From Histomonas meleagridis 2922-C6/04-290x (Eukaryota; Protista; Parabasalia): a stretch of 64,000 nt of DNA. The translations under genes were made by a program, and so were the position numbers. The stretch is from the NCBI GenBank assembly GCA_020184695.1, contig JAANOX010000083.1, forward strand, positions 124,001 through 188,000, written 5' to 3'. Position 1 is the stretch's first letter. Each line of letters starts with the position of its first letter. The notes below the pieces were generated by a model. It was not told the DNA's origin. It was given only the letters and a program-made list of their open reading frames with translations, and did no database searches. Shown here piece by piece: positions 64,000-64,000 of this stretch.

Positions 64000-64000
64000 T

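Overview
AT-rich, gene-dense eukaryotic window using the standard genetic code. It is most likely from a parabasalid protist (Trichomonas/Tritrichomonas-like). This is inferred from DUF3447-ankyrin genes, BspA-like surface proteins, M3/M5-type core promoter motifs and bacterial-type enzymes; no canonical GT-AG intron was needed for any housekeeping gene. The left end holds transposon debris (Merlin-like transposase, Maverick/Polinton-type DNA polymerase B fragment, a TIR-bounded 623-bp element) around a tRNA-Glu(TTC). Housekeeping genes include RPS13, RPL7A, RPT6, AP mu and gamma adaptins, METTL5, DRC2, a NEK kinase, a MIF4G protein, a probable MED23 and an OCRL/INPP5B-like phosphatase that runs off the right end. 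Several genes look laterally acquired: a GH13 amylase, an aspartate aminotransferase, a YwnB-like reductase and a phage/bacterial-type hypothetical protein. The standout feature is two DUF3447-ankyrin genes (6.3-9.4 kb and 21.5-23.6 kb, minus strand). In both, every ankyrin repeat is a stop-free 90-nt coding core separated from the next by an AT-rich insert. 13 of 18 internal inserts are exactly 80 nt and break the frame, many contain stops, they have conserved ends, and there are no consistent GT-AG sites. Removing 71 nt from a modal insert restores a 33-aa ankyrin repeat, which suggests an unrecognised non-canonical intron, excision or recoding system. Several ORF-track starts are TTG/GTG and were moved to the first plausible ATG. 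All family assignments are by motif recognition, not database search.
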